The translations under genes and the position numbers were made by a program. A stretch of 63,367 nucleotides of DNA, the filler included, from Choristocarpus tenellus KU-1152 (lineage: Eukaryota > Protista > Phaeophyceae), in the NCBI GenBank assembly GCA_964200185.2. It is 12 parts of 12 records of this genome, joined end to end, with 100 filler letters (N's around TTAATTAATTAA, not from the genome) between each part and the next. Parts side by side here need not be neighbours in the genome. Positions count along the whole stretch, not along the records: positions 5,408 to 13,474 come from CAXNAD020005205.1; positions 13,575 to 16,936 come from CAXNAD020020539.1; positions 17,037 to 22,400 come from CAXNAD020011030.1; positions 22,501 to 36,733 come from CAXNAD020001250.1; 8 more parts are not named here. One strand, written 5' to 3'. Shown one piece after another: positions 12,332-26,600 of this stretch. How positions within the stretch are numbered: the stretch's first letter is position 1; each line of letters begins with the position of its first letter. Below the pieces are notes generated by a model. It saw only the letters and a program-made list of their open reading frames with translations, was not told where the DNA came from and ran no database searches.

Positions 12332-12899
12332 TACAAGTAGTATCTACCTACCTACCCATATGAATTTGGGATAAGTACTTGAGATATGACATGCCAATAA
12401 TTTCATATACATACGTAGCATCTATATAATTGTTCTCTTTGCACCGTCTTGCCAGATACATTATCTCTCTTTACCAATATGCAAATTAGTCTCCATGAAG
12501 TATGCATTACTTTTCGTGTTGTATGCTCAGTGTTCTCTTTACATCAGTCTGTCCTTATGTTCCAGTGGACCTGATGACCGCCAAATAGTACCTAGTGACT
12601 GGTCAGACCACGTTCTCACGCCTGATGGTTGGCCAGAGCATTCTATTTTCTATTTAGCACAGGCTCCTTTCTTTGTAGTTCTTATTTTATTCAGGTGTCT
12701 TGACATTGTCGGAATGACATAGAAATTGTACATAATAGGGAAATACAGCAAATATTTCAAGGTCTCACATGATGACGAAACATGTGCAGGCAAAATATAT
12801 GTGTTAAGACACTTGGGTGGGTAAGTACAGATAGGAGGCACTGCTGAGAGTGGTACAGGAACAGGAGAAATAAGGCATTCGTTGTCCAGGTACCCATTA

Positions 12900-13350
12900 A
12901 GAATTTTGAACAATTTGGCATACATGACAAGTAAAGTAAAAGGAATGTCATTTTGTGTGCCATGAGCAAAATTCACCATTTTGCTGATATAACTATGGAT
13001 ATCGCTTGTGTAGGGTTGACCTTCCAGGCCTTGTTCATTGATGTTTGGATAACTGAAGAATTGAAGCCTGTCAAATATTGGTTTCATCAACCACATGATC
13101 CACGCGCACAGTGTCATTAGCTGCAGGAGAGACAATATATGAGTGCTCCTCTCTCACTTGGCAGAGTTTGTTTGTTTGCAAAGAAAATCAGATGTCCTTT
13201 GTCTGCTGATTGCCTGTCAGAATTGGTGTGCTGCAAGCATGCAGTGTGGCAACCAGCACAACTCGTATCAACTGTAGAGATACTTGTAGAGCTTTAGGGC
13301 AGTTACAGGACCTCAAATCCTCGCCAATCTGGTGCAAGATGTTTTGCAGT
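12900..13350 (-). pseudogene. Possible degenerate DNA-transposase C-terminal fragment (Transib/Chapaev-like)
   Basis: MTLCAWIMW...NEQGLEG resembles TPY.H...QG.E; weak, single motif. Confidence 0.2.
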
Positions 13351-13452
13351 GGTGCTAGTTTTAGAGGTAGTGGGATTACTAATTGATAGTAGGTGTTACC
13401 GGTGAGCAGGTAATATTACTTATTATTAATTTGGATACTTGAGATAAAATAT

Positions 13453-13647
13453 CGCCTAAAGTATCTGGGGGGGGNNNNNNNNNNNNNNNNNNNNNNNNNN
13501 NNNNNNNNNNNNNNNNNNTTAATTAATTAANNNNNNNNNNNNNNNNNNNNNNNNNNNNNNNNNNNNNNNNNNNNCAAAAAAAGAGTTGTTTGACCGAAAC
13601 GGACGCCCCCTCACAAACCACCCCACCCCCCCCAGATACTTTGACCC
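13453..13647. mobile_element. MITE ends flanking a spacer gap (family B end 13575-13647)
   Basis: aaagtatctgggggg on the left; the right side is the reverse complement of the 275-345 end. Confidence 0.75.
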
Positions 13648-15998
13648 TGCTATGTGGGTGTCACATTTTGTTACCGAGAATAGTTGCATTTGTGTTAAAT
13701 ATTCTACTTCATAATTTATGGCATTGCAATTCTATCTCTGGATAGAAGAGGGGGAGGGGGGGGAAGTTGGAAGAGCCAGGAAGTCTTTATGAGTTGTATC
13801 ATCACTCATATGATAATTAAATTATCCTTTTATTGCAATGTTTTGATTATTGAATATAGTGTGTGTAATACAGGTTCTCTTCAATGCAAGAGTGGGATAA
13901 ATCTCTTGGGGCAGAAAGAAATGGCGGTGACTGTGTTGCCAGCAGAAGAGGAGAACTAGCATTCAGGTGTAGTAGCTGAAGGGGTGGTCTGCGCAGGAAA
14001 ATATTTCTTTCTATGCCTGTTAAAAATAGACTAGTTTCTCGATAAAGTCCAGTATCATCAACTACTATGGATTGCTGACTCGTCTACTAGAAATAGTCTT
14101 CTAGAGTGCAACTACCCATGTCGCACGTATATTGATTGCTCCATGCATGCGGTATGTGATTCCGACTTACCGTTGCAATATGGATAGGTACAGTAAACTT
14201 GATTTCTGGAATTGGTTTATGTTTTTCAACATAAAAACTCAGAATGTGACACACACATGATATGAATTGACTAAGAATTAGACTTAAATTTTTTTTCTTC
14301 CAGAAGAAGTAACAGTGATACCTCGTTGTGTGCTATTTTTTCCTAGTTATCACCCCCTCTTCACACATCGAATTCACTCTGCTGTATGCGTACCTCAATC
14401 ACAACTGTATGATAAATAGAGTTAACACATTCACAAACTTCTTTCACAAGGTAGTAAGGTTCTATTCAGAATATCCATCACCATCCTGAACCAAAGCACT
14501 AACCAGTGCACTGCATTGCAGAATTTAATCAGTCTCTTCACAGAGTATGTTACAAGATTCACCCACAATGAATTCACCGATGCTCTGGCGCACTGGGTCA
14601 TGTCTTCGCTTTCAAGGACTCAAGCCTCTACGCAGAGCACTTTGTGACAAACAACGGTTCGTGCAGTTCAAGGTTTTAACAATGACAACTTTCTCAACCC
14701 TCCATAAGCCTCCTCCACCTTGTCTGAATCAACTGGTTGCAAACCCCAGTGTCCCCCTAGGTGGTATTGCAGTTTATCCTCAGGCGATCTCCAACTGTAC
14801 CCTCTTGTTGGCACTTTCCCCACTACCCTTTCTAAAGGAAAGCAACCCTTGATCTCGGTGGTATGACCTCTTAGTTGCCTTCTTGAGCAGCTTGGTCATC
14901 CTGAACTGTTGGCTACTCTAATCATCTGAGGAAATATTTCCCACTAAACCCCACTTCCTCCTGCTTGAGAGCTTCCTTACCCTCCCTCTCCAACGGATCC
15001 ACAGGGTTGTAGAAGTCGTACATGGCGAGCATTTCATAGAGGGGGTGATAAATATCTAGTCAGGAATATCTTTATCATCATCATTCACCCAGAATCGCGA
15101 CATCTGAATACAACACATTTTTTGAACACCTTTACATTATTTTAATAGCAACCAGCACAAAACACTGCTGAAGTGCTCTACCCTAAAATCGACCAAAATG
15201 CGAAAAAGCCCATAATAATCAAATGTCTCAGGTCAATTCCAATCAGTGCCAAAATATACAGTAGTCACCCAGAAATGCATTTGAAGGATGATGACAAATG
15301 CACCAAATTGTGTGTTGTTGTACAAACGTGTGTAGGGACGTCTTTTCTGAATTTCGTCTTAATTTTCGAATAATAGACAAGTCAGAGCTTTCAATTCAAG
15401 TCAATCTTTGCACTTCATCCCTCGAAGAAGGGTGAATTACAAACGACCAACAAGCTTAAATTGCAAAACGGATAAAACCTGATTTCTCGTTTACTTTATT
15501 TAGCTCTCAGAGCAATACTTCTTGAGACAAACGTGTAATTATGGTCCACAATGTCTCATTCTTATCACACTCAAATGACTTCAACATCGGGTTTGGATTC
15601 CTTTCATCGAGGCTATCAACACCGTCCTTGTTTCATTTCACAGTTACCAAAATTTTGTGATGTATTGCCCTGCTCTCAATCAATAATTGGAGGTAATACA
15701 GCCGTGGTTGGACCACATTTACTCCTTTGGTTTTTTTTCCTGCCTGTTTGTTGTTGAGTGCTAACCAAGAATTTGTATCCCTGGTCACACACAACCATAA
15801 CCCCACCCACCGATTTTTCATCATTTAGTATCCACTTACTATATTCAAGATGAATAAAACTACCATGCGTGCGATCCCCACTCTGCATAAAAGGAAGGGG
15901 GCATAACAACACCCACCAGTCTTTTCTGAGTGCATCAAAAATGCTCTGTGGTGCCAACCAGGTTGTATATGATACAATAATACAACATAATTATATCG

Positions 15999-16254
15999 GA
16001 GTCGAGTATCTTAGAGGGTACGGCCACGTCCAAATGGGGCTCAAAATCCAATGTTGCGATTTTGATATAATTTTGATAATCGTGTTTGTTAGGAAGTGTC
16101 ATTATCCTTGTTCCCGACACCTTTTCATAACATACACATCTTACCTATTCCAAAACATTTCGGAGTAGGAAAATGTATTAAAAAACCCCATGGAAAGTCA
16201 AGCCCCAAATGGACAAATAGGGCAAAACTTGTACCCTCTAAGATACTTTCACTC
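15999..16254 (+). mobile_element. MITE family A, full copy
   Basis: Same TIRs and body; flanks atcg/atca. Confidence 0.9.
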
Positions 16255-17036
16255 ATCATTATGTGGACTGACCCACAACATTGTACATGATTACTCAGGC
16301 CAGTCAACAAAATGCGCTCTCAATGAAGTCTTCATACTTTGAGTCATCATTCAACAAAGAGCAGAGGTATGAAGAATCTTACTATTATCCATCAGTCATT
16401 CCATGCATATGAAGGCTTGAAGGGTATCTCAAGCAAATATTACAATTAGCTCATTCCCCAAAACCCAGCATAAAGTGAGGATTGCTCCCCTTCCCCCCCC
16501 CTCCCTCCCCTGGGCATGTGATCCAGAGGAAAGCAAAGTGATGTTCATTTGAGACATACAATATGAGTGTCTCCTTATGAAAGTTTCTGAGTAGTCATGA
16601 CTTTTCATCAATACCTAACCCTATGTATACCACAAAATTCAAAGACCCACCAAATAACACCAACATTCAATCAAGTCTGTTACAGAACCACAATTATGCC
16701 CCCCATCCTGCATCTAGGGCAGCGCCCCCAACATCCCCCAGCCAAAATCCAGTGTCATGCACTGCTTGTCCAGCCATGAGAGCTTCCCAGCGCTCATTGG
16801 TGTGGTGGATGATATCTAAAGCTTCCTGGACACTTGTTGGCTCATCCTGTTTCACAGAGTTAACCACGAGATGTTGGGGGGGGGGTGGGGGGCATCAACA
16901 ATAAGTGACAGTTGTAAAATGGTGTGATCCATTGAANNNNNNNNNNNNNNNNNNNNNNNNNNNNNNNNNNNNNNNNNNNNTTAATTAATTAANNNNNNNN
17001 NNNNNNNNNNNNNNNNNNNNNNNNNNNNNNNNNNNN

Positions 17037-17114
17037 CAAATAACCCAAAAATCGCAACATGAAAAAATTGATCCCAAATGGACAGCTGCCACCCCCTCCC
17101 AGATACTTTGAGCC
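17037..17114 (+). mobile_element. MITE family C right end, truncated by a gap
   Basis: cccaaatggacagctgccacccc...agatactttgagcc. Confidence 0.85.
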
Positions 17115-17260
17115 TTAAGGTTCTGACATTGATTACATCCCAAAAGGGATCTGTCCATGACTCACCCCCCCACTCCACTACTGCGGTCTCTGTCAGCACA
17201 TATGAGAAGAGAAAAAGACTGACCAGCAATCCACGGCAGACAATCCTGTGGGAGAACAAA

Positions 17261-17513
17261 GAGTCAAAGTATCTTAGGGTAGAGCCACGTCCATTTGAGG
17301 GCCAAATTCCAACGTTGCGATTTTGATGTAATTTTGGCTATCGTGTTATTAGGAAGTGTCAATGTCCTTGTTCCTATCACACCTTTTCATAAGATAACAC
17401 TTTACCTACTCCGAAAAAATTAGAGTAGGAAATATCATAATAAAAACAATGGGAAGGCAAGCCTCAAACGGACAAACAGGGAAAAACTCGTACCCTCTAA
17501 GATACTTTCACTC
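17261..17513 (+). mobile_element. MITE family A, full copy
   Basis: Same TIRs; flanks caaa/aaaa. Confidence 0.9.
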
Positions 17514-17859
17514 AAAAGATGGTCTGGGAAATCACGATATTTTGTGTACTAACCCTAACCCTAGTTAGGAGAGTTCTCTTTAAGACTTACCTATGGTGGA
17601 CGGATGGTATTATCATGTTGGTGGTTCACCACCATGTAGGTTCATCTCCATGTAGGGTTATCATCTGAGCGGGAATATACGATTTCATTCTTGCTTTCAC
17701 CGTCTTTGCGCACATGGTAGACCACAAAAAAATGCGAGAAACAATTAAAGGACCACACCAACGATGCTCAACCTAAGAGGTTGGAACCATTGTCTGAAGT
17801 ACGTGGTGTAAGAACAAAATTGTTGTTTCCAAATAGAAAAAACACTGGGAAGGCAGCAT

Positions 17860-20030
17860 TCGAAGTGGCTTACTTTGCTGTGCACCAGTCTATGTTAAGG
17901 CGTGGTACCTCAAACAGTGTGGACTGCAATTTTTTTCTGCTGAATGTTGTCGAAACCGATGTAGTTTTTAAGGTACTACGTAGGTTTGGAAAAGTCGAAA
18001 GCCACATGAACTGGGAGGCTTGGACATCCGCCGAAGAGTGAAAAAGACGTTGTCTCGTCCAATGCAAGCGCTAAATGATGTTGTGAGTCAACTGTAAAAT
18101 GGCACAAGTGAAGCCCAATTGTAATCTGCAATGTTGGAATGCATCGAGAGCATACCATGTAACTTAGAATGCACACGTTCCAATACTGAACTGCCCATTT
18201 CTAAATTTGGGTGTGGACCAATAATTGAAAATAATCTCTCTACTTTTGCTTGACCGATTGATTATGTATCTTTTTTCTCAGCAACTGGAACTAGTCCGGC
18301 AAACATAGCAGAATCCCTCAACCGCAACTCTTTCAAAAGGCCTTGGGGCAGGAATGTGCCCCACAGGTAAGTTGGGTTGCGGATGAACGGTTTTCCAGTT
18401 CTGTTAAAGTTCGCAACAACTGTCACTCCAATCATCAATAAGATTTTTGCTACAATCAGGGCACCAGTAACAATCTCGTATAGTAGTAACAGTAGGTTCG
18501 CCATCTGGAGTTTTCCCGTGATACCTTTTGATTTAGACGTCGGTTTAAGAAAATAAAAGCATATTCGTGATACCCGTCACAAGGCCCTCCAGCTTACATG
18601 CTTCGTTTTTTTCATGTTTTGTTTTTTTCAAGAAAGAGTAGTCATATTGGGGTTCGAACCCTGGATTGTAGATCATCAAGAGTGGCAGCAGATGTATTAT
18701 TACTTGATCAAAGTATACTTGTTTAGACAGGAAAAAGCCTCCCTACCCTTTCTTCCTGTGTTTTCGCCTGCCCACTCTTTGACCTCGGCAAGGATGTCCT
18801 CATCGAGACCCAGAACGAAACGCCTTTCGTAGTGCCCCTCCCATTTTCTCACAGTTTCTGACCTGACCACCGCATATCCTGCTGCCATCCCGAGCGTCGT
18901 TTTGCCGTTTGGCGGTCTTTTCTTCGTTCACATACACAGGTACAGGATTCGCAGTGTTAGAGCCTTTACTATCACATTTCCTCGTTGAGCGCCGGAAATG
19001 GGCGTCGTCCGTGTTTCCTGGGCGGATGATACTTTATCATCAAGGTGCAAGGGCAAGGGAGGACAGGCTTGAATTGATCGAAAATTGTGTTCATTTCTCA
19101 AATGAATACAGGCTGGGAGAAAGCCTTAGTCAACTTTATACGTCCAACCCTAAGTCTAGAAACAAAAATGTATGTACGGCATCTTGCAAGAAGTGGGAGA
19201 TATCAAACCATCGGTGTGCAATTGATCTCATTCTCACCTCCTCTTCTTCTCTGACGTCCTCGTCAATGACTGCCTCCACCGGCTTCGCGACCTCTTCTAA
19301 CTAAAGGATTTGGTGATATCAGAAAGTCTCCACAGCTGCTTTTGTTACGATCGCTTTCTCCTCCACCTTGCGAGCCCTTTCGACCTTCTTTCGGGCTTCA
19401 GAGCCCTTGTACCCCAACCCTAACACCTTCTTTCTCATTTTCCTTAAGCCACTCCGGCTCGCATAGTTTCCAAACAGCCAGGGCCTGCTGCATTGTCAAC
19501 TACTAAGATATCCTACACCCAGATTTTCGCTTAGGCGTTTCCTGAGCGCAATGGAACACAGTCGCACTGCTCTCCTCCCCAACCTTCCCTTCGGTCGACC
19601 ACTCTGGTTCTCCTTTCGCCTGCCATGACCAGGCTTCCCCACAGACTTCCTCACTGTACCACCTGGTGGTGGACCCGCCATTCTCCTCCTGCTTTCCCGA
19701 GGCGGTGGAGACTGCAGAGCAGTGCTCCGATGTGGTTGAAGATCCAACCACGTTTGTGTGGTAATGCTTTCCTTGCATCTTCTCTCAGCGTAAGTGTCGC
19801 AGCTGTGTAATCCATTTCGCGATTTGATCATCCTGCTACACCACACTACTCGTACTTTCTTGACACCTAACATTGCACTGAGTGTCACACGGTACTTGCT
19901 TTTCCGTCGCCTCTCGATAGAGATGGTGTTGAGGGTAGATCCAGGGGGCAGCGTGGCCTCGGCGGCTCTCCTTGTCTTGCTGTCGTGGTCCATGTTGCTG
20001 TGTGAGTCACGTGTATGTGTGCTCACAAAA
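17860..20030 (-). pseudogene. Degenerate Tc1/IS630-like DDE transposase relic with a basic, AT-hook-like N-terminal region
   Basis: Fragments GRPKGR, SETVRKWE, LDEDILAEVKEW, CDGYHE and ALDETTSF appear in the order expected for the fungal/algal DED..W / DGHER / HDES family; many stops. Confidence 0.4.
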
Positions 20031-22327
20031 CGTTTGCAAAAAGCAGTAAAAAGATGCCCGCATTTTTTTTTTCGGTATCGTCAATTGCTCCAAACTTGGG
20101 TAGGGACCTAACCTAGATCAGTTTTTCGTGGGGAGTTCAGCCAACCACTTCATTTTTGTCCGTTTTGAAGTCGTGACCTTCAAAATTGCACCAGAGAGAG
20201 ATGTTCCCCCACGTTTTTATCAGTACTTGATCGAGATATAACTCCCGTTGAAGCGTGGAACACTTTATGGATACAAACCTTCAAAAGGTATTGTCATGAG
20301 CTTTCATTTGATGTATGTATTGTCGTGAAATTCTTGTGGCGATACAGTGCAAAAAAAATAATATTGTCACAGAAAGCAAAGGTAATGGTAACACCTTACT
20401 ATATCATGTGTTCGAGTCCTTCTCAAATGTCCATGTCATCGTTGAGAATTGTTCTACAACTGAAAGTTGGTTTTTAAATATTTTCAGGATATAGATCATA
20501 AGGTAGGTTTGAGATCATTACAACATCATCCATTAGGAACATTACCGAAAATAGGGGAGTATGACAACACAAAAGTGTGTAAGCTCATCGTCAAATTTAA
20601 GCAAATCTGAATGAGGTTCCAGTACGACATGATCTTTGTGAGCATACATAATTGTGCTGCACACGGAAATTAAAGGATTCCATATAATAACGAAATAGTT
20701 ACAATATTTCTCCGAAGGTTAAGATCTCGAGATGGTAATAGCCAATAACAATTAGGTCGTGGGTGATAATCAGGTTCTAGGTTCCTGTGATCAGGGTTCG
20801 AAGTACGCATACTTTCCCAGACTTGGCAAGGCAACGAGGGAAATCGCAAGAATGGGGTTGGCTGTCAGCGTGTATACATTTGTTTGGGTTGTTTATGAGG
20901 CCGTTCCAGAGTTGAGGGCGATGGACCGTTGTTAGTAATAGGTGCTGGGACATACATGGAACCACCAGTGGAGCTGCAAATACTGTTTAGAGTCCCTAAC
21001 CAGCCAAGGAACAGTAGTTCAACAGTGGTATTGAGTGATAGGTATTTCATATTTACGTTTACATCCTTTGTATTATGGTGTACTGTTGAGTTATGTACTG
21101 GAGATACATGAGAGCAAGGAGATCAATACGTACGTGTGCACTAGGTGCTGAGGCAATCCTCCACCGTTGTCTTTGTAGTCCAGTCTAGTGCAGAGGTCAA
21201 ACATCGATGACACTGTATGCGCGCCTAATATAGTATGATCATTAAATGAATCACACTCATCTCACACATCTTTACGCAGGGATTGTCGAAAAAGGTCGCT
21301 TTTCTTTCCCTGTAAAGGTTTGAGTTCTGGCTGGAATTTTTGAGCTAGCTTCTGCAATGGTCTCTGGTCAGAGGAACGTTACTTCGTCAATGTAGAGACA
21401 GTAAACGTTCTACCGAACTTGTTGAAACCGGAACACTGCGATACATTCTGTCACCAAACTTGACACCCGACGTGATGCACGTGCTAGGGCCCCTGCATCA
21501 ACTAAAGCGTCGAGGTGTGTGGGGAGAGTGAGCATGGAATGAACATGTCCAGAGATCGAGGTCTGTGCACCCAATTGAACACCCTCTGAGTTACACTGTT
21601 GACAAGTTTACCTGACTCTTCATCATCCACTTGGACGAGCATCTTCCAAAGTTGATAGCTGAAAGGTCCTCAGCGGATAAGGAATTAAGCATAGAGCGAA
21701 GGATGAAAGCATGCGCTCTATTTTTTTGTGTAGGAGACTATTGAGACAGATGAAGTCTCGGAAGATACCCTGAATGACACGATGATGTAGAGTCTTAAAC
21801 GATTCTTTGCCCTCCTCTCCAATCTCGCTCAAGACTGAAAATCACTTCTCAGGCTGTGTTACCAAACCCTAAGGTTTCCTGCGGCTGGGTTTGTCCCCCG
21901 CTGCCCCTTCTTCTTCAAGCGAGCCCCAGATTTCCATCGACTCGAGCGCTCAATGGGGTTGTGGGTCAACCAGTAGGGTTCGGAGTAGGTACACTGGGAG
22001 TATTGAGTGAATCTAGAGCTGTTCCTTTGTCTTTGTTGATATCTCGTTTATTGACTTCATGTTGTCTCTCCAATCACGTGTTAGCCTCTAGTAAATCGGT
22101 GTGAGTTCCACAGAGCGAGGCAGACCGTAAGTTCGATTGGCAAGGGGGGCAGTCATGACCACTGAGAACGTGGATGCACAAGTGAAGATATGAGAGCCAA
22201 ACCAATCAAGAGGTAAGCGGGTTTTGAACTCTTAGGCTTTCTAACCATCCTTCTTACCTTTTGTAACACACACTACTATATTTGCTCTATGTGCTCAGTA
22301 GTACGTGCAAGAATGATATTTCCCTTT

Positions 22328-22841
22328 GCCTCAAGTATCTGGGGGGGGGGGGGGGGGGGGGGTCGGGACGGGGCGACAAGGCGACAGGCAGAGAGGGCAC
22401 NNNNNNNNNNNNNNNNNNNNNNNNNNNNNNNNNNNNNNNNNNNNTTAATTAATTAANNNNNNNNNNNNNNNNNNNNNNNNNNNNNNNNNNNNNNNNNNNN
22501 GGGTTTGGGGGGGGGGGGTGGGGGCGGGGTCTACACCAGGGTGTCCATTCGGGCCCTGACCAGGAGAAGTGCAATTACATCATCCATCCGACGCATGCAA
22601 CCAAATCACCTAATCATTTCGACATGGGAAGATGGGCCCTGACTAGCCAGCTGCCATCGCTCAAAGTATCTGGGGGGGGGTGGCGGCTGTCCGTTTGGGC
22701 TCGATTTTTCATGTCGCAATTTTTGGATGATTTGGTTGCATGTGTCAGATGGATAATGCAAGTGCACCTTTCCTGGTCAGGGCCCAAATGGACACCCTGG
22801 TGTAGATCCCCCCCCTCCCCAGATACTATGAGCCTTGAGCC
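22328..22841. mobile_element. Nested family C MITEs: an inverted full copy (22658-22834) inside the right end of another copy
   Basis: 22501-22657 is a forward C body; 22658-22834 is the reverse copy; a residual ttgagcc terminus lies at 22835-22841. Confidence 0.8.
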
Positions 22842-23619
22842 TGGTCGTCTAACGCCCCATCTAGGATATTATGGACCATTCTGGGTCAGAAGAATAGTAA
22901 TATGTGAAAAAATCCTGCCTTGCCATTTGAAGTATATTCCCTGTAGTCCAAGTGTCCCACGCACTAAAATTTCACACACCAGTCCCTTCTCCTTCTCCAT
23001 CAGATCTCAAATATGAGTATCACCTACCTCTACAGAATGCTACGGGCTGATCTGTAGCCCCACAAAACTACAATGTGCTAGCCCTAAACCTATCCTGACC
23101 TGACTTGAGGTTGAGGACCACCAAACACCATGCCCTTCTCATGCACAGTAATCCTGGCACGCGCACAAAAGTATATCTCCCCCTTCCCTCCTCCATAGGA
23201 CACCAGAAGAGCACCACTTGAGGGCTGAAATATGGAATACTAATATGTAGGATCCCTTGATTGGGCTGATATACAAAGTTTTACACAGACCCTCACACTC
23301 ACCAACCCACCCTGAGGAACTATTAGGGTATTTGGGTAAGAGTTGGGGTTAGGGTTTTGGGCTGTAGCAGTACCCTTGCCCTAGGTCCTTCATGATGCCT
23401 ACGGTTCTTAGATTGTGCTTTTGGAATATAGTTACCATGTGCTTGAAGTACATACATAGTACACTGCAATTTTTGTTAAAATACTAATGCTACCTCTTGT
23501 AGCGGCAAAGCAAAAAAAGAGGCAGAGATAGAGCTGCTCAGCTCTCACGTTTGTTATTTTTACTACATGAGATCACGGAATAAAAGGAGAAAAGAGCAGG
23601 ATATAATTTGGACATTTGC

Positions 23620-26600
23620 CTGCATAGCTCCAGCCCTGGAATTGACAAGCATGGAGGAAATGCTCCTTTTTTGCTTCTGCCGTTTCATGTGTTCCGCTTT
23701 GACTGACACTCCCATCTGATTCCTCAGGACCTCTTTCTCTGCTTGCTTACAGATAATGTTAGCGTACAGGGTTAGGGTTAGGGGTAGAACTGTTTGACTG
23801 ATGCATGTTGTGGAGAAAAATCGTTGTGTTGTGGTCTGCTTCATTGTGTATTGCAATTTATTTCCAACATGTTGTGTGTTGTGTTGTGTTGTGTGCTTTC
23901 GAACGAAGTATTGTGCTCATGTCTGTTTCATCTTGTTTTGTACTTCAAGGTATGTTGCACTATGTTTCATTGAGTAGTGCTGTGTTGTGACCTGGTGTGA
24001 TGTTGTTGTTTGTGCGACATAAAGAAAAAACATAACGGGTTTAGAACATTGATGAAGGTTAGACTATGATAGAGATAACTTGTCAAATCGTACCATATAG
24101 ATCAAGACAAGCTTCTATCTAATGGACAGGAAGGGATCATAATTGCTGTGCTGTGAGCTCCTTAGTTGGGATTAGAGGTGAGTTGTATTTGCCACATAGC
24201 AGCATATATGCTGAAAGATAGACAGAATGATTGCACAGGAGAAACCCAATTATCATTACTAAGTCACACATATTTTTCAAAGAGTTATAACTTTATATTG
24301 TTAGGGATTCTCATTGAGTTATTAAGACCCCCTGTGATTGCCTAGAGATACATATGTTATGAGCGCTGTCAGGCACTTCCGGCTAACAATGAGTTTACAG
24401 CTCATCTTCTCTTCTACAGCCACACCCTCCTAAGGGGAGGTATGTGCATTTTCGACATCGGCATAGGGCATTTTTCTCAATTTTCAAAATGGCCTTGGTA
24501 CATATGTAACCGCAAAATGAATCCCTCTTCTTAGATGGTTTCACTGAAGGGTTTAGAGTTGTGGTTAGGGTTAGGTTCAGGGTTGGGGTCCGGGCCAACA
24601 AAGGAGGGGGGCTATCATCTCTTGCCATACAGTGGTATGGCATGGGCATAGAATTTGGCTCTGACTTAGGTTTAGGCTTCATTCTCACACTTCATGCCAT
24701 ACCTCAAGGTACCAAGAATTGACACACCTCTGAACCCTTACTACGTAGTTTTATTAAAGGTTCAATGCTGATTGCACCGCTCACAATCATGCAATAGATA
24801 GAAAATATGCATGTTTAGTAATAGAGAGTATTTGGGCCAACGAAATGGCTTGTATACTGCTTTGAGCTAATGAATGACTTGCGTACTGCATTGATCCAAC
24901 AGGACGACTTTCAAGTTTGATCTAGCTGATTGAATTACTTGTACGCTGCATTTGGAGAGAGGTATGGCTATGTTTAGCCAATGGAATAGCTCAAATGTCG
25001 CTTACCTATTGAAATGAGCTTATATCTCGCAATTAGACAAGAAGGGGACTCTTATGCCACACGTTTTATCACTGGATGCATCAAATGCAACCCCGTCGAC
25101 GATAACCGGAATCTCCCCATGACCCCCTTCGCCCAAGCCTAAGTAATAGTCTAAGCCATGGGTGATGCCAGAATATTCTACAATATGAATATGTTGTGGG
25201 GATAATGCCCTTCCCCTTTGGCTGAATGTGGCATACTGGCTAACCTAATGGCTAAATATGACCGTCATGACTATTTCTGAGTCTGTAAGTGCTCCTTCTG
25301 GACCTTTGTGCCCTAAGAGAGTGTGTGAAATTGGCAAGAGATGTCAATGACAGCTAATGGCTCATACATACATCTTCCCTTAATCTTTGCAGAATACCCC
25401 AACTCCAGGCTTCCCTAACATCGAATCAAATCCAAACCTACCTCTGAATCTGGACCAGGGCTAGCTCCGAAAACTGAGATGGAATCTGGATGAAGAAACT
25501 CAAACTAACCAAAAATGTTTAGCCAACCCTAAGGAAAAACCGACACTGAAATTGAAACTAAATGCCAGTACCAACAGAATCAGAATCAGAACCAGAACCA
25601 GGGAACCAGCACCAGAATTAGCATCCCTTACTCACCCTCACCCTTGACTTGCTGGGAAGAGAGCTCCCATGTCAGGGCTGACAGGCTGCCCAATTCTGAG
25701 TCATCGTATTCCTTTACTCCCCTAACCCTGTCTCGTGACAGACTCAAACTTTTCCAAAGGCTTCCAGTTGGAGGTAGAAGTGAATCTGAACTGGCGACGG
25801 ACATATTTGAATATATGTATTACATATGCAATTTGCAATCATAATTATAGCAGTGTTGTAACAACTTTGATATTGATAATGATAGTAGAAATAGCAATAT
25901 TATGGAAGTGGTAGTCAAGATCGAAAAATTATATATCTTCTAGAATATTTTGAGTTAGACAACAAACAAAATACGGATAGAATTGTGGGGGGCAGGTCGG
26001 ATCTAATGCAGTTGGTTTTATGTCCTCAATCTGCCTGGAAACCACTAACCCTAATGCAGATATGTTCCACTTCAGGCCAAATTTGGAGAAAATAGTTCAG
26101 CTAAACCAAGCAGACTGAAGGCATTCAAAACGCTGTAAAATCTGCCACAGATTGATTCATCCATGAGATACTTATGGAATGAAATCTCATGTCCTAAGGC
26201 GTTGAGTAAGCTATAGTAATGAGTGAAAGTATCTTAGAGGGTACGAGGTTTGCCCTGTTTTTCCGTTTGGGCTTGGCTTCCCACGGACTCTTTAATGGCA
26301 TTTTCCTACTCTGAAACATTTTAGAGTAGGCAAAATATGTACGTTATGAAAAGGTGTGTCCGAAACAAGGATATTGACACTTCCTAACAAGCATTATAGC
26401 CAAAATTACATCAAAATCACAACATTGGATTTTGGCCCCCAAATTGACGCAGCTCTACCCTGTAAGATACTTTGGCTCTAACACCTTATACATCGATTGA
26501 AAATACAGCGTGCAATTGGGTAAATGTCTGTATAAGGGGATTCAGTCATTTTACAGGGGTAATGTGTTGTTTTCATATTCACACAATTGTTTTACCTGTT

